Shown here: piece after piece, positions 25,908 through 39,063 of the stretch
Numbering within the stretch: the first letter of the stretch is position 1
How the letters are laid out: every line of letters begins with the position of its first letter
DNA from: Chiloscyllium plagiosum
Lineage: Eukaryota
Assembly (NCBI RefSeq): GCF_004010195.1
Contig: NC_057718.1
Location: 54,143,773-54,197,832, forward strand
Direction: 5' to 3'
DNA: 54,060 bases
The notes under the pieces: model-generated
What the model was told of the DNA's origin: nothing
The model's database searches: none
What the model saw: only the letters and a program-made list of their open reading frames with translations
Position numbers and translations under genes: made by a program

Positions 25908-26640
25908 ATGTAATCACAAGAGTCTATTGACTAATTTGTTGTAAGATATTGCAGCATAGAATAGGAAATGGAACCTTTCTAAGAGGATCTATCAAAGAGG
26001 CTCCTTGACTTAATCATTGCCTCTGCACCAATCAAAGCCTTTAAGAAGGATGTTCTGGACAAGGGCCATACCAAAGATGTATACTTGACGATGAAAGGAA
26101 GTATGAACCCATACTTCAGCTGCAGTACTTGCAATAACATTATTCTTACAGTCAGCAAAGAACATCGAACCAAAAAATCTGTAACAATTGTGATTTGTTG
26201 TGTCAATGCAAAAGATGTCCATTTTTGTTGATATCTTTAAAGCACTTAATACAGAGGAATATTGGGCATGTTATCTCATTTGAAAGGCTAAGCCAGATCC
26301 CAGAGCAAAACACAGGTGACCAACAAGACAGAATAATACAGCATCAACAGCAAGGAAAGTGTTACAAAGGTGCAGAAATACAAATATATCAGTCAGGCTC
26401 AGAGTCAACTGGACAAAAGGCAAATTTCAGAAGATCACCAAACTTTCCATATTGTTAACCTCACACAACATGTCAATTGTATAATATGATTGGAAGCTTT
26501 TACAGCCATTAATGTTACACATCCTGAAGATAGGTTAACACAAATTAAAAGCTAAAATTGACACAGGAGTTAGTGATAACACATTACAGTACGCATCCTG
26601 AAAGACATAAACCTCAGCAAGTGGCACTTCGTGGTATAGC

Positions 26641-27617
26641 TGTGATGTAAAACATGTTCCATTTTTTAAAAAAATGTATTTATTCTAAGTTTGTATTTCT
26701 GGTTTTTGAGTTAATAATTGATAGATTTTCTGTGCAACTAAAGTTAATAATTAACTTGTAAGTATTTCTGTAGCCATGGTGAATTCTTCTAAAATAGTTT
26801 GGAGGCCTAGCTTCTTAATGAATGCATTTTTTTGTGTGTGTGCCACTGTTTGACTTTTGTTTATTTTTGCTTGTTTCGTGACCCAGCAAGATAATTTATG
26901 GGGCCTTAACATTTGTCAGAGATTTCTAGAACTTGTTTTCTATAAAGCTTAAGTAAAACACCTTAGAGAGGGAGACTTTTGGTATGGCATGTTTCATACT
27001 AAATGGAACAGATGGCTGCACAGACTAATGTTCCTGAGAAGAGGACAATATTCAGTGAACTAGATTAGCTTAAAGTAAGGAGTTAGTGTTAGTCACAAGC
27101 CATAACTGTTGGGGTAAAACACCAGAGATGCTATTTTAATATACTAGGTATATTGAAACACAGGTGCATGATAGTTTCATACTGGAACTATCTATAGCCC
27201 TCGTCTAAAATTTTAAGTCACAAGTGACTCAAACCTAACAAAGTCTTGATACAGGAACTCTGGTGTGAGCATTGTTAAGAATGTTGTTTCGAATCGATAC
27301 TAGGAGTGCGTTTTGGTTACTATTCAAAGGCAGTTTTGTTTCTTTTTAATTTATAAAAAGAGTAATTAATGGAATATTGGATTTACTGTGTATTTAAATA
27401 TGTTCAAATTTCTGTTATAAGTAGATGGTTGGGTTTATTATACTTTTTGTTCATACATTATTTACATTTCCATTAAATCAAAATCTGCTTGTGTGCATAC
27501 GTTAAAAATGAGAGTTTACTTTATTAGAATGAAAACAAATAAAACTATGATCTATCAAACCAAGGTCTGGTCTGGAATCTGACTTGCCCCATAACAACAA
27601 TAGGGAAAACCATAACA
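26641..27617 (+). mobile_element. Old solo LTR nested in the Gypsy protease region
   Basis: TGTGATG...CCATAACA termini; interrupts the protease, which resumes near 27620; no clear TSD. Confidence 0.6.
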
Positions 27618-28406
27618 CAACCAAAAGAGATCATCTAACCATACCTAACTGATCACCAAGTCCATACTTTGGCAGAATCACACTGCTGTACTAATATGCA
27701 AACTCATTTTGGCTTTTCAAAGACTTCTACTGGTGGTTACCCATAATCCAGCAATGACAGGACGACCTGCATGTACAGATCTCAGAATCAACACAATTCA
27801 CGAGATTCAAACCACACCCCCTGTAATGGAACAGACCACAACATGACACAATCAAATCAATCAACAATTTGCAAGAATATGACTTTGAAGTGAGACATGA
27901 AGTCAGGTATCAGAATGGTTTTCTGACACACTCAGCAGATTACCCAACAACACACAAAGACCAAGATCCTTTTCCTGATTTACAAAGTTGAAGATTTTCT
28001 CAAGACTGTTCTGTTGAACTTTGGCCAGAACCAAGTTGAACGGTTTCAATCAGCAGCTGCCAAATATGAGAAAATACAAGAATTGCAAAGACAATTATCC
28101 AGGGATGAATTGACAGTATTAAAGAAGGACCTGAGAACATTTGTTCATTTTGGCCGCACTGGCATGAACTTGATATTTCACAATCGGTTATTTTCAATGG
28201 CAAACAGTTCTTAATGCTAAATGCCCTTTGCCAAAACATCATGTCCAGGTTATACCAGGTACACGTGAGTATTGAAGACACAAGACAATCACATCATGTG
28301 TCTGTATACTGGCCAGGCCTGAATGTTAGGCAGCAGGATGTATCAACCCCAGCAGTGAAGGAAACCTCTACATCCACACCACGTTCCGTCCATTCCTTGA
28401 ATGAAA

Positions 28407-28747
28407 GATGGCATGGTGATACAATGGTTAGTGCTGCTATCACATAGTGCCAGGGACTTGGGTTCAATTCCACCCTGGGTGACTGTCTGTGTGGAATTTG
28501 CACATTCTCCTTATGTCTGTCTAGGTTTCTGCCATATGCTGCAATTATCTTTCACCAAATATGTGCAGATTAGGTTGATTGGTCATGCTATGTTGCCCCA
28601 TAGTATCCAGGGATATGCAGGCTAGGCGGGTGAGCCACAGTAAAAATGGGGTTACACTGGTGGGTGTGTGTCTGGATAGGATGCTGTTTGGAGGGTCAGT
28701 GCCCTTGATAGGCCAAATGGCCTCTTCCCAGATTATAGGGATTCTAC
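28407..28747 (+). mobile_element. HE1 SINE, older copy
   Basis: Degenerate tRNA head, V-domain and CR1-like tail. Confidence 0.9.
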
Positions 28748-30435
28748 ATTAGCAATAAACCTCTTCACAGTGTGTAGGGAAGATTACATTTGAGTGATTG
28801 ATCACTTCTCCAAGTTTTCCGCTGTTGGGCGACTTTGTAACACAATGAATGTGACCTTTACTGACACAATATCCATTATTTACAGTTTATTCAGTATTCT
28901 GGAAAAGATAGTAAATCAAAACAGATCACAAATCACCTGCAAACAATTTCAAATTGTATATTAAGTTGGGAAGAACCCATTATCACATCTTTACCCCACT
29001 ATCAATACTCAAACAGTCTAGCAAATGTTGGTATATACAATCAAATCAATGATCAACAAGTAAGAGCAACAAATCAAGATTTTTGTATTGCATTGCTGCA
29101 TTTTTGTGCAAAACCATAACTTATGTTCAAATGTCCAGTGCAATACACTTTCCGCAGCAAACAATTTTCTCATTATTCCAAGATGAAGACTTTCTTCCTC
29201 AGAGAAAGAGAAACAGGAAAGAGATACACGATGAGTAAGCAAGATGTGAACCGCCAACCTGCACACTGGGTAGAATGGGAATTAGCAAGCTAATGCAAGT
29301 ACTTGGATTCTAAAAGTTCTAAAATTTCTAAAATCTGAAATCAGCCTAGACCATACAATGTAACTACTGATCATGGTGCAACATTACAAAGGCACAGGAG
29401 TCAGCTTTCACCATTGTAAGGTAGAATAATCATGCACATAGAGAATGAGAAAGGATAATCTGGTGATGATGATTGCGCAGTGATGTTGAGTAACAGCAAC
29501 CAGCAACAAGTTAATGAAGTTGTCAAACAATTGCAATAGAGAACAATACCCTCTCCAGGTGGGTAATTGATCACCAGATCAAGATGAGTGGTGAAACTTC
29601 CAAATGTATTACATTGAAATTTGAACATTTTACCTTGTAAACTCTGTTTCATTTGATTAATTATCAAATTGATAACACAAACCCATGTTTAACAATGTAT
29701 ATCTGATTGGGATAAGTTTTCAGTCTTGCAAAAATGGAGATGCTGCATTACATGTCATAGTTAGTATGTCTGTATACCTTTAAGAGACATGCTCATCAAT
29801 GTATCATAGCATCCTGAGGATATAAAAAGCACCAATTCCATCTTTATTTGGATACTTGAAGCTTAGTGTGGTAATAAAAGTATACTGCTCTTTATAATGC
29901 ATAGCTTAATGTAAGCCCAGACACTGATATGCTATGAATATAGCATTTGTATACCTGAACAGACTTTATAAATATCTGTTGGACTCTTCAGTGTTGACCT
30001 GGGCTTTTTTTTATATGTTAGAAAAGTGAATTACCACATCAGGTAAAATAACCCAATGGAAGCAAAACTCTTGACATCTGTCTCAAAGAAAGATGAATTA
30101 TTTTTCTTAAAATGTTTAACTCTCTCAGACCTGCTTCTCAATAGATTTGAGCCAGCTTCCTGTATGAGAGTTAGTTAGCTCGAAATCAGCTACTTTTTCC
30201 ATTTATTCCATGAGTGTAAATCCTGTGTGAAATTTTGCTTTTTAATGTCTCTGTTATGAGAAAACCATGCCTTAGCAATGACACTTTGTAAAATAATTAA
30301 ACCTTGTACTAAAACTGTGTGCCTTTCACAAATATTTATATAATTTTAACCTCTATGATATGGAGTTGAAGTGAACCTTAGTTGTATATCTGCCTCTAGC
30401 TGCACAAAGCTGTTCTAATCTTGTTATAACTTGAA

Positions 30436-30563
30436 GGGCTGATGAAAGGCTTTTGCCTGAAGCGTTGATTCTCCTGCTCCTCAGAAGCTGCCTGACCTGC
30501 TGTGCTTTTCCAGCACCACACTCTCAACCATGATCTCCAGCATCTGCAGTCCTCATTTCCCCC
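30436..30563 (+). mobile_element. Penelope-derived short element
   Basis: Starts at the CTGATGA core (30439); perfect 10-bp TSD ataacttgaa (30426-30435 and 30564-30573). Confidence 0.9.
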
Positions 30564-30645
30564 ATAACTTGAATAAACATTGATGTGATGTCTGAATGCC
30601 TTAAATCTTTTTAAAAATGCAATAAAATTATCTGCTAACACCAGA

Positions 30646-30742
30646 TGTCAAGATTAGAGTGGTGCTGGAAAACTACAGCAGGTCAGGCAGCATCGAGGAG
30701 CAGGAAAATCGACGTTTCAGGCAGGAGCCCTTCATCAGGAAT
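30646..30742 (-). mobile_element. Penelope-derived short element with intact hammerhead core
   Basis: Minus strand attcCTGATGAagggctcctgcctGAAAcGTCgatt. Confidence 0.85.
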
Positions 30743-32975
30743 AAGATGCTCAGGGTCAATCAATAACATGCCCTGGCAATTGATCAATTGGCTCTCATGC
30801 TTTAAAGCAGTAAAGTGATTAACTGTTTAGGGTTTAATGGTTGAAACCATTACAGTGGAAAGGAAACAAGTCTAACTAGAGGAACTATCTCTAGCCATGA
30901 TCTGCAAAGTCCAAGATTGAACAGGATCCAGAAATAGAGACGACAAAAGTAAACTGTCTTCTCTCCCATCCTTATTTCTGGGAGTTGGAATGTGGAATTT
31001 TATTGGATTAGTTGTGGGAAAAGGAATGTTATCACTGCACCTCAAGCCCTCTTGCAAAGTTTAAGAAGTCTATGGGATTAATCCTGTCCAGATTGTCACA
31101 TAAATTAGGAGCAGGATTAGACTATTTGGGTGCTCGAGCCTGCTCTCTCATTTGATACTATCATGGCTGACCTGGTGTTGGCTTCTAATTTCCTAAGGAA
31201 AGGAATTATCACTTGTTGGGACATGTTCATTACTGCATAGTTCACTGCAACTTCCTCATGCTTAATAAATCTTTCCAGTTTGCTATAAATTGAACCTTTT
31301 CAAAACCTTCCATTATTTTAAGTTGTATAGCAAGCTCCATACTGCAAAATGAATACTTCAGTCATGTTACCAGCTCTTCAGCAAGATCACATTAAACATG
31401 AAGGAAATCAATATTCAAGAAAATGGAATTGAGAATAAAAAGGGACAATTATGTTGGATAGTTGTTCAAAAATGGCAACAATTTGCCTCCCTCCATTTGA
31501 TAGGACTTTGAAAAAATCCTTGAAACAAAACATACATACAACAAAGTGACTTGGTGAACATAATCGTCAAGAAATGATGAGGCAATCAGACAAAACAATG
31601 ATATCCAAAATTTAAATTATTTGTCTCGGCCACTGAACTCCTATGCACAAACTGTAGAACCGTTAATAATACTTACCAGTTAACAAGCTGTTGTTTCATT
31701 ATGCTTGGGCATGCACCCACATTACTTAGAAAGGATAATCTCAGAAAAAATTATATTAGAGTGAAACTCGATCACCAATCTGATGCTTCTGATAAACCAA
31801 GATCTTCCCCATCAAAACAATTATCTATTTACAATCCCACAATATAGGATTGCTGCAAAATGCAAGAAGGTATAATCAAAACCAAGTGGTATTTGCAGCA
31901 ATCATTGTCACAAATGTGCTTTTTGCACTATAAGCATCAAGTGTTTAGGAACAAGGGCAGTGTTCAGGGACAAGGTTAACAATGGGCAGGATTGATCACC
32001 TACACACATGGGAACATACTCATTGGAGACAGCAACAGAGTAAGTGCACTTCAGAAGTTATGGAACCAACATATCTAAGTGTTGATTTAACTTGAAAAGA
32101 GTAAGGTACTGATGCTTATGTGTTATCAATAATTCAACAGTCTGTTGGAAGAATATTGATGCTTCCTAGGTTGCGATCCTTGACTATTCTGTCCACCCAG
32201 ACTGGTTCAGGTCAGGCCTCAGAGTTTAATGTGTATCAGGAGAGGTGTGAATTCACTTACCTAAAGTCACTTGAACTTTTACTGATAACAAGGTATGGAA
32301 TCATTCCAGAAACTCTGCCAAGTTTTTCAAACACATCAATATCTTTTGTAGCACAAGTGGCACAAACTCATAATTGTCCTCCACATCTGTGTGCAGCTCA
32401 TTCTTGCTTGTAATTTATGGACTTCTGGATGCATGTTATTTCTTTTATTGGTAATTGCTCCACAATAGTCAACTGTTTTCAGGGTGTGATCACTGATCAC
32501 CCTGAAATATTTTTCATTGTAATCCTCTGTCAACAGCCAGATGTTATATTACACATCTTTTATATTGTACACAATTACTGCTGTCTGTTCCAAACACATT
32601 AGTCTACGTTTACCCATCATTGTCGATATTTTTATTGAGAAAAAAGATTTTAAATATTTTACAAAATTACGTCACTACAAACCAGTATAACAACCTCATA
32701 ACATAACAGCAATAACAATAAACAAACTACTGCTCTACCCCACAGACCTCTGAGGAGAAAAAGAAAAAAAAACTACAAAAAATACAATTCAATAAAAGAA
32801 AACTAAGTTAAACCAATTTAAACCAAGGTAAATTAAATTACATTCAGTTAAGTTATCGCACTCAGCGCAATCCCACCAAAGCTCCCCACCACCTGGAGCA
32901 TCAGTGTGCAAACTAGTATTTGTTGGGAATTCTTCCAGCCCCCAGCCCCCAGACTGCCAGACATAGCCCTCGTGA

Positions 32976-35900
32976 CTACACAAAGGCCCTGACCAATATA
33001 GCCAACAAGTCTGCATCTAAATAATTCAGAAAGGGCTGCCATGTTCTATAAAAGCATTCAGTTTTCTGGTGCACCAGACTCATAAGGAAGTCTGGGGCAT
33101 GTGCTCCATACCTAATCTGCACCACCCAAAGAGTCCAGGGAGGGTTCTCCGACATCCAGCTCATTAGAACATTCTTCCTTGCACAGAACGAAAGAATATT
33201 AAACAGTCTCAGCCCACGGGCGTCCAAAGAAGGGAGATTTGGCAAATCCAAGAGGAGGAACACCGAATCCACCTTAATCTCAGTTTCCAAGACCCCTTCC
33301 AAAATACTTGCTATGGCACCCCAGTACCTACGAAGCTTGTGGCATGACCACAAGCAATGAGTAAGAGTGCCAACATCTGTTTTACATTTGAGGCACACTG
33401 GGGACTCTCCTGTCTTAAATTTTACAAGCCTCTCCGGTGCCAAATGAACCCTGTGGAGTATTTTCAATTGCATAAAGTGTGTCCTATTACTAATCAAAAT
33501 CTTCCTTACGTTCTCCCAAATGTCCTCCCATGTCTCTGACAAGATTTCCACTCCCAATTCTTGAATCCAGATTCCACACAGCCGCTCAATGTCTTTCAAA
33601 ACATTACCTCTTAACAAGTGATAGGGGGTGCTGACCAAGAGAGCGCCATAGACCGAAGCACTCTCCTCTCCATATCCGACTTATAGGGACTAACCATCAA
33701 TGTAGTCTTTTTCTGTATAAAGTCCCTAACCTGAAAATTACGAGAAAGGTCCCTCTGAGATAGCTCATATTTATGACTCAGCTGCTCAAAAGACATCAAG
33801 ACCTTCCTATCAAATAAATCTCCCAAACAAGAGACTCCTCTAGACTCCCAGAGCTTAAAGCCAGAGTCCATCAACCATGGCCGAAATCCTAACATTCCTA
33901 CTATGGGAGTGAAAGGGAAAGTTTTTGTAAGTTGCCCTCACCTTGTTGCATCATTCTTCATGCTTTAACCATATTAAGGACAATCGGATTTCTGCAATGG
34001 TCCATAACAGTCCTCATCTTGTCCATAAACAACAAATTGATGAGGGGGCATTTTGCCTGGGAGGCTTCAATGTCCAACCAGATTGACTACTGGTCCCGGC
34101 AAGCCCAGTCAGCCACATAGGATAGTAAGGAGCTCAATGGATATTTCTTAAAATCTGGGAAATTCAAACCTGCCAAGCCCTGTGGAAGCTGCAACTTGGC
34201 AAGCTTAATAAGAGGCCGCCTATGATGCAAGATGAAAGAGTCAAGATTAGAGTGGTGCTGGAATCAGGAATGAAGGGCTCCTGCCTGAAATGTCGATTTT
34301 CCTGCTCCTTTGATGTTCTCTGACCTGCTGTGCTTTCTCAGCACCAATCTAATCTTGACTCTAATCTCCAACATCTGCACTCCCCACTTTCACCTGCCAG
34401 GTGAAAGATCCAAGCCAACTGTTAAACCTCCATAGTGCTTGCCTAGGCAGCATCGAAGGGAGCATTCGCATGGGATATAATAAATGAGGAAGACCATTCA
34501 TTTTGACCAGAGTTATTCGGAAGATCCTCCCAACGCTGAACGTCCTGTCTAATCTTCTCTTGCAACTGCGCAAAGTTAGCTTTATATAATTGATTGAAGG
34601 CCGGGGTGATAAAAATGCCTAAATACAAGAAACCTCCCTGTGACCACCTGAAAGGGAAACGGGTTCCATCCCCAAGATCAGAGATTCTAGTAAGGCACTC
34701 CCAACTTGCATGGCCTCCAACTTCATACACTTAATTTCATGCCCTGAAAACAAGCCAAATAAATTAATCACTTCTATTAAACAGGGCGTAGATGTCACCG
34801 GATCAGTTAAAGAAAAACATCATCTGCGTAAAGAGTGATCTTATGCCTACCTGGTCCTACCTCTGGGGCAATTATGTTGGGGTCCCTCTGGATGGCCTCT
34901 GCCAAAGTCTCAATCACCAATGTAAATAATAGCAGTGAGAGAGGGCACCCTTGTCGACTGCCTCTGTCGATACTAAAATTGTCCGACCTTATACCATTAG
35001 TAAGAACCGCTGCTTTCGGACCACTATATAACACTGCCACCTACCTGGCAAAAGCACCTCCAAGACCAAACCAGTACATAAAAGAGATACAGCCACTCCA
35101 CCCAGTCAAATGCTTTTTCTGCGTCCTGGGAGATTACCAAGCCCAGAATCGACCCTTGCTGGCACATCTGGACCATGTTTAATACTCTTCTAATATTATT
35201 AGTAGACCTACGACTCTTAATAAAACCTGTCTGGTCCTCCTTTACAATGAAGGGCAAACCCTCTCCAACCTCAACGCCAGCATTTTCAACAGAATTTTAA
35301 AATCTACATTCAGTAATGATATGGGCCTGTACGAAGTACAATCCTCTGGAGTTTTCCCTTTCTTAAGAATAAGAGAAATATTTGTTTCTCTCAGAGAGGA
35401 TGGGGGGCAGTCCTGACTGTACGAGTAGTTGTACATATCCAACAGTGGCCCGGCCAGCGTGTCTATAAACTCCTTGTAAAACTCACTTTGAAATCCATCT
35501 GGGCTGGGTGCTTTACCACTCTGGAGCTACCTCACTGCGTCCTGTATTTCTTGGATTGTCAGGGAGGCATTCAGAAAAGACACCTGCTCTGAAGTTACAC
35601 CTGGAAGGTCCAGGGTCTTAAAAAAGGACTCCACCTTCGCCAATCTGTCCTCAGAGCCCTCCAATTATTACAGCTCAAAGTAGAACTTCCTCAATGCTGC
35701 ATTAATCTTTTTGGCATCGCAAGTAAGTGTACCAGCACTCTCTCTAATGGATGTGATAGATTGGGAAGCCTTCTTCTGCCTGGCCAATTATGATAGATAT
35801 ATACCTGATTTATCACCATACTCTGTTGCCCAGAAGAGATTTCCCTCTTTGCTGTCTGGGTGAGCACAGCATTCAAAATAGCCCTGAGGGCTATACTTCG

Positions 35901-36884
35901 CTGCAATTTGGCTACAGGTGGTCTGTCAAAGTACGCTAACTCAGCTGCCTTCAGACGAGCCTCGAGCAAACGCTGCTGCTCTCCCTTCAGCCGCTTCCGG
36001 GTCGCCAAGGTAAGAAATATTCAAATCCCATGCATAGGCCTGGGCAGTCTCCCAGAGCACTGACGGATAACTGGCCATACCCAAATTAATGTCCCAAATG
36101 ATTTTAAATTCTGGCAAAAAACACTCTATAAACTTGCTATCCTTCAAGAGGACAGGATCCATGAGCCAGTGCTGCGAGCCTGTCCCTTGACTTACACTTA
36201 CACTGCGTATGATCAGAATTGGCTATGTTCCTAATTCTGCAAGACAGCACGGAATTCAAAAAGGTTGATGGGGCAAAATTGTCAATCCTAGTATAGCATT
36301 TTGTGTGGGTTAGAGAAAAAGGTGAAAAACCTATCTTCGGGGAGAAGACATCTCCACACATCCACCAACCCCAGCTCCCTGTTCGGGTTCACCAACTGCC
36401 TGGATTGCGGGAACATACCCATAAGACCCCAAGGCATCCTGTCCACTTCGGGGTCAATAAGTCCCCCTATAATTTTATGACATGCCCCAAGGGCCATCAG
36501 CCTGGAAAGTGCATCCATTGAAAATTTGAGAGGATGTACTGGGGGCAATATGCATTCAAAATCCCATACTGCTCTCCGTGTATTAAAGCTTTAAGAATCA
36601 TAAACTGCCCACATTCATCCTTCATTATATTTAAGTTGAAATGCGAAATTCTTCTGGATGAGTATTGCAACTCTTCTTCTTTTCGAACTAAAGGATGAGA
36701 AAAACACCCACTCAAACACTCCCTGCTGTAAGTTCAAGTGCTCATTATCAGTTAAATGTGTTTCTTTCAGTAAGGCTACATCAACACTCTCTTTTCAAAG
36801 GGTTGAAAGTATCCTTTTTCTCTTAATTGGTGAATGACTCCCCTTAACATTCCAGGTGGACCATTTAAATGAATGGTTAGCCAT
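32976..36884 (-). pseudogene. L1 ORF2 (APE endonuclease, RT, CCHC domain), disrupted
   Basis: MANHSFKWSTWNVKG; YTRIDNF..SDH; SYRPISLLNVDFKIL; DAEKAFDWVEW; GSRQGCPLS; LYADD; CLKCKTDVGTLTHCLWSC, spread over several frames. Confidence 0.9.
34240..34394. mobile_element. Penelope-derived fold-back mini-element nested in L1 ORF2
   Basis: Short inverted arm plus longer arm; 14-bp TSD with 2 mismatches (34226-34239 and 34395-34408). Confidence 0.85.
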
Positions 36885-37489
36885 AGCCATCCAAGACAGT
36901 CCGTGACCCCCTGGGAGAAAGAACCCCACTCATAGCGCCCCAATTGTAAACAGCAAACAGCTCGTATAAATTTAAAAATGCACCTACCAAATCAAAACTT
37001 CTAACAACTACTTCTACAACAGACCAACATATAACACAAATGAAAGGAGACTTTCCCCCTTGCCCACAGGGGGTGTTCATGCTACCCACTAACCCCCCAT
37101 GGCTCCTTCCAGCTGAAGCCATGCCTCAGTCCCAGACAACACAAAGTTACACATATTTTATAACAAGAAAGTTAAAGTGGGCGCTCAACCCTTCCCATCC
37201 ATATTTCAACCCTAGGCACTCCTGGTAGAAAAGAAATACAAAATACCCCCTCTCGCTTCCCTCAACCACCTCCCCCCATCCCACATCGAGCATGAAAAAC
37301 AAAAAGGAAATAATGAGAAAAAAGACCAAAGGATAACGGAGGGGAGAGAGAGGAGAGAAGAGAGAGAAAAAGAAAAAAAAACAACAATTCGGACCCATAT
37401 ATATATTAACAGTAAACCCGACAACCAGGTATACCAGGTAAATTACAAAGAAAGACAAAGTAAACATTACTGTCCATATTATTTGAGCC

Positions 37490-38251
37490 AGCCAGTCTGT
37501 TTTAAAGTATCCAGGAAGCCCTTTGCTTTTTCCATGTGAGTCAAAATTAAACACGGACCCTCTGTGGCTAAAACATAATATTGCCGGATATCTTACAGAA
37601 TATTGGATATTCAAATCCCTTAGCTGCCTTCTTAACCTCATCAAAGGCCTTCCTCTTGCAAATCACAACCATAGAAAAGTCTTGGAAAATCATAATTCAT
37701 GATCCTTTGTATATCAGTGCTCAAGAGGTTTCCAGCACCATTTGCTCATCTCTGTAATGCTGGAGTTGCACTAGGACTGGGCGGGGGTGCATGTCCGAAC
37801 CGGATCTGCACACAGCAACCCAGTGGGCCCGCTCGACCCGCATCCAGCCTGTCCCAAATTCCAAATGCAAAAACTGTGGAAGCCATTGCTCCAAGACACT
37901 GACAAGCTGGCCTTCTTCCTACCGTTCCAGAAGCCCCACCAGACGGATGTCCTTTGGATGGCCCATACCTGCCATTCCAGGGCCTGGACCTGACCGTGGT
38001 TTCAGAGGCTGCAGTCCATTGCTCCACCTCCACAACACGTTGCCCGGGATGCTGGATCTCCTGGTCATGCTTCTGCAGCATGGCTGAGATCGGTTCCAGC
38101 CTGGCCCAGGTCTCCTCCATCACTAAATCGATCTTCTTTTGGAGTTGCACAAACTCCAAGACCAGGTTCTGCTTCACAAGTATGCCCCCGGAGCATTCGC
38201 AGAGGGGTGCCCTGCCAGTTATGATCCTCGAGGTCCTTTCCCTTTCATCAT
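37490..38251 (-). pseudogene. L1 ORF1, disrupted
   Basis: Coiled-coil LQKHDQEIQHPGQRVVEVEQ and C-terminal RRQLRDLNIQYSVRYPAIL. Confidence 0.8.
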
Positions 38252-38427
38252 ATTTTTAACTATTTTAAAATAACACAGAACAATTCTGGAGGTAAAACCA
38301 ACAGTTTCTACCACAATGGGTAATAAAGGGAGGGTGAGTACACCACTTTGGCTGGGTTCTGGTGCAGAGCTCAATAGAGCTGACCTGTTGGGTCGCCATT
38401 ATCTTGAATCCCCCCACATTTACCCAT

Positions 38428-38830
38428 ATTAAAATTCAACATGTCCCAATCTACATATCAAGTAATTGGTTGTAGACTCTTTGAATAGAATCAACCACCT
38501 GTCGACTAAAATACAACCTGTTCCATATCATTCACAAATACTGATGGGTATAGATCCCAGAGCAGTTCCATGCGGAACATTCACTGCTTTCTTTCAACTG
38601 GTGTGAAGAATTTATCATTTATCACTATATGCTGCCTTCTCTTGTTAAGTCAATTCTCAATGCTTCCAGATAGTTCATAATTTATTGCATAAGATGTAAC
38701 CTTCTCTATTAATCACTCCTGAAATAATCTAAATAAATTATATCCACAGAATACCTTCATTCGTTAGCTAAGTTATTTGCTCAGAAGGATTTTGTAAGGA
38801 ATGACTGACAACTTGTAAAAGTATACTATA
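38428..38830 (-). mobile_element. Ancient CR1/L2 RT remnant, continuing at ~32230-32605 (the L1 insertion target)
   Basis: Minus strand VPHGTALGS..VFVND, a degenerate VPQGSVLGP..IND. Confidence 0.5.
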
Positions 38831-39013
38831 CACTCTCTATTGTCATCATTGGCAATCACTCACTAATGAGTATGATTGTTCATCTAGGAAATTCAGTATC
38901 ATTGGTTAAAGGTTCTGTGGGTCTTAGTGGTTGCTGAATGCAATCCTAGACCTGTGTCTCCAACCAAACACTTGGCAGCTGTTTCCAGGTAGTTGTTCTT
39001 GTGTTTGTTTGTG

Positions 39014-39063
39014 TCAAAAGTGTGGTGCTGGAAAAGCACAGCGGGTCAGGCAGCATCAGGAAT
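39014..39063 (-). mobile_element. Internally deleted Penelope-derived fragment
   Basis: aaagtgtggtgctggaaaagcacagc..caggcagcatcaggaat. Confidence 0.75.

Larger units (their letters stand above)
25440..28330 (+). pseudogene. Decayed Gypsy/Ty3 gag-pol (gag, protease, RNase H end, integrase zinc finger; RT not seen)
   Basis: Gag-like MDWTSRDMFMEL.LFKQH (~25460); protease AKIDTGVSDNTL (26551-26586); LQEYDFEV...DTLSRLP (~27870-27945); IMSRLYQVHVSIEDTRQ..SVYWPGLN. Many stops and frameshifts. Confidence 0.85.
32618..38415 (-). mobile_element. Full-length L1-clade LINE (fish-type), frameshifted
   Basis: TSD ac[g/a]tttacccat (32606-32617 and 38416-38427); 5' end GGGGGGATTCAAGATAATGGCG; ORF1, ~600-bp spacer, ORF2; AATAAA at 32631-32636 (-). 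Confidence 0.92.

Noticed and set aside
31677..32260. Isolated GTAAGT donors (31676 -, 32040 +, 32260 -)
   Set aside because: Putative exons give no recognisable peptide; such motifs are expected by chance.
32477..32507. Quasi-palindrome tttcagggtg...caccctgaaa
   Set aside because: Short, lies within an ancient LINE remnant, no supporting context.
32976..33638. 220-aa ORF as a possible host gene
   Set aside because: It is the CCHC C-terminus of the disrupted L1 ORF2.
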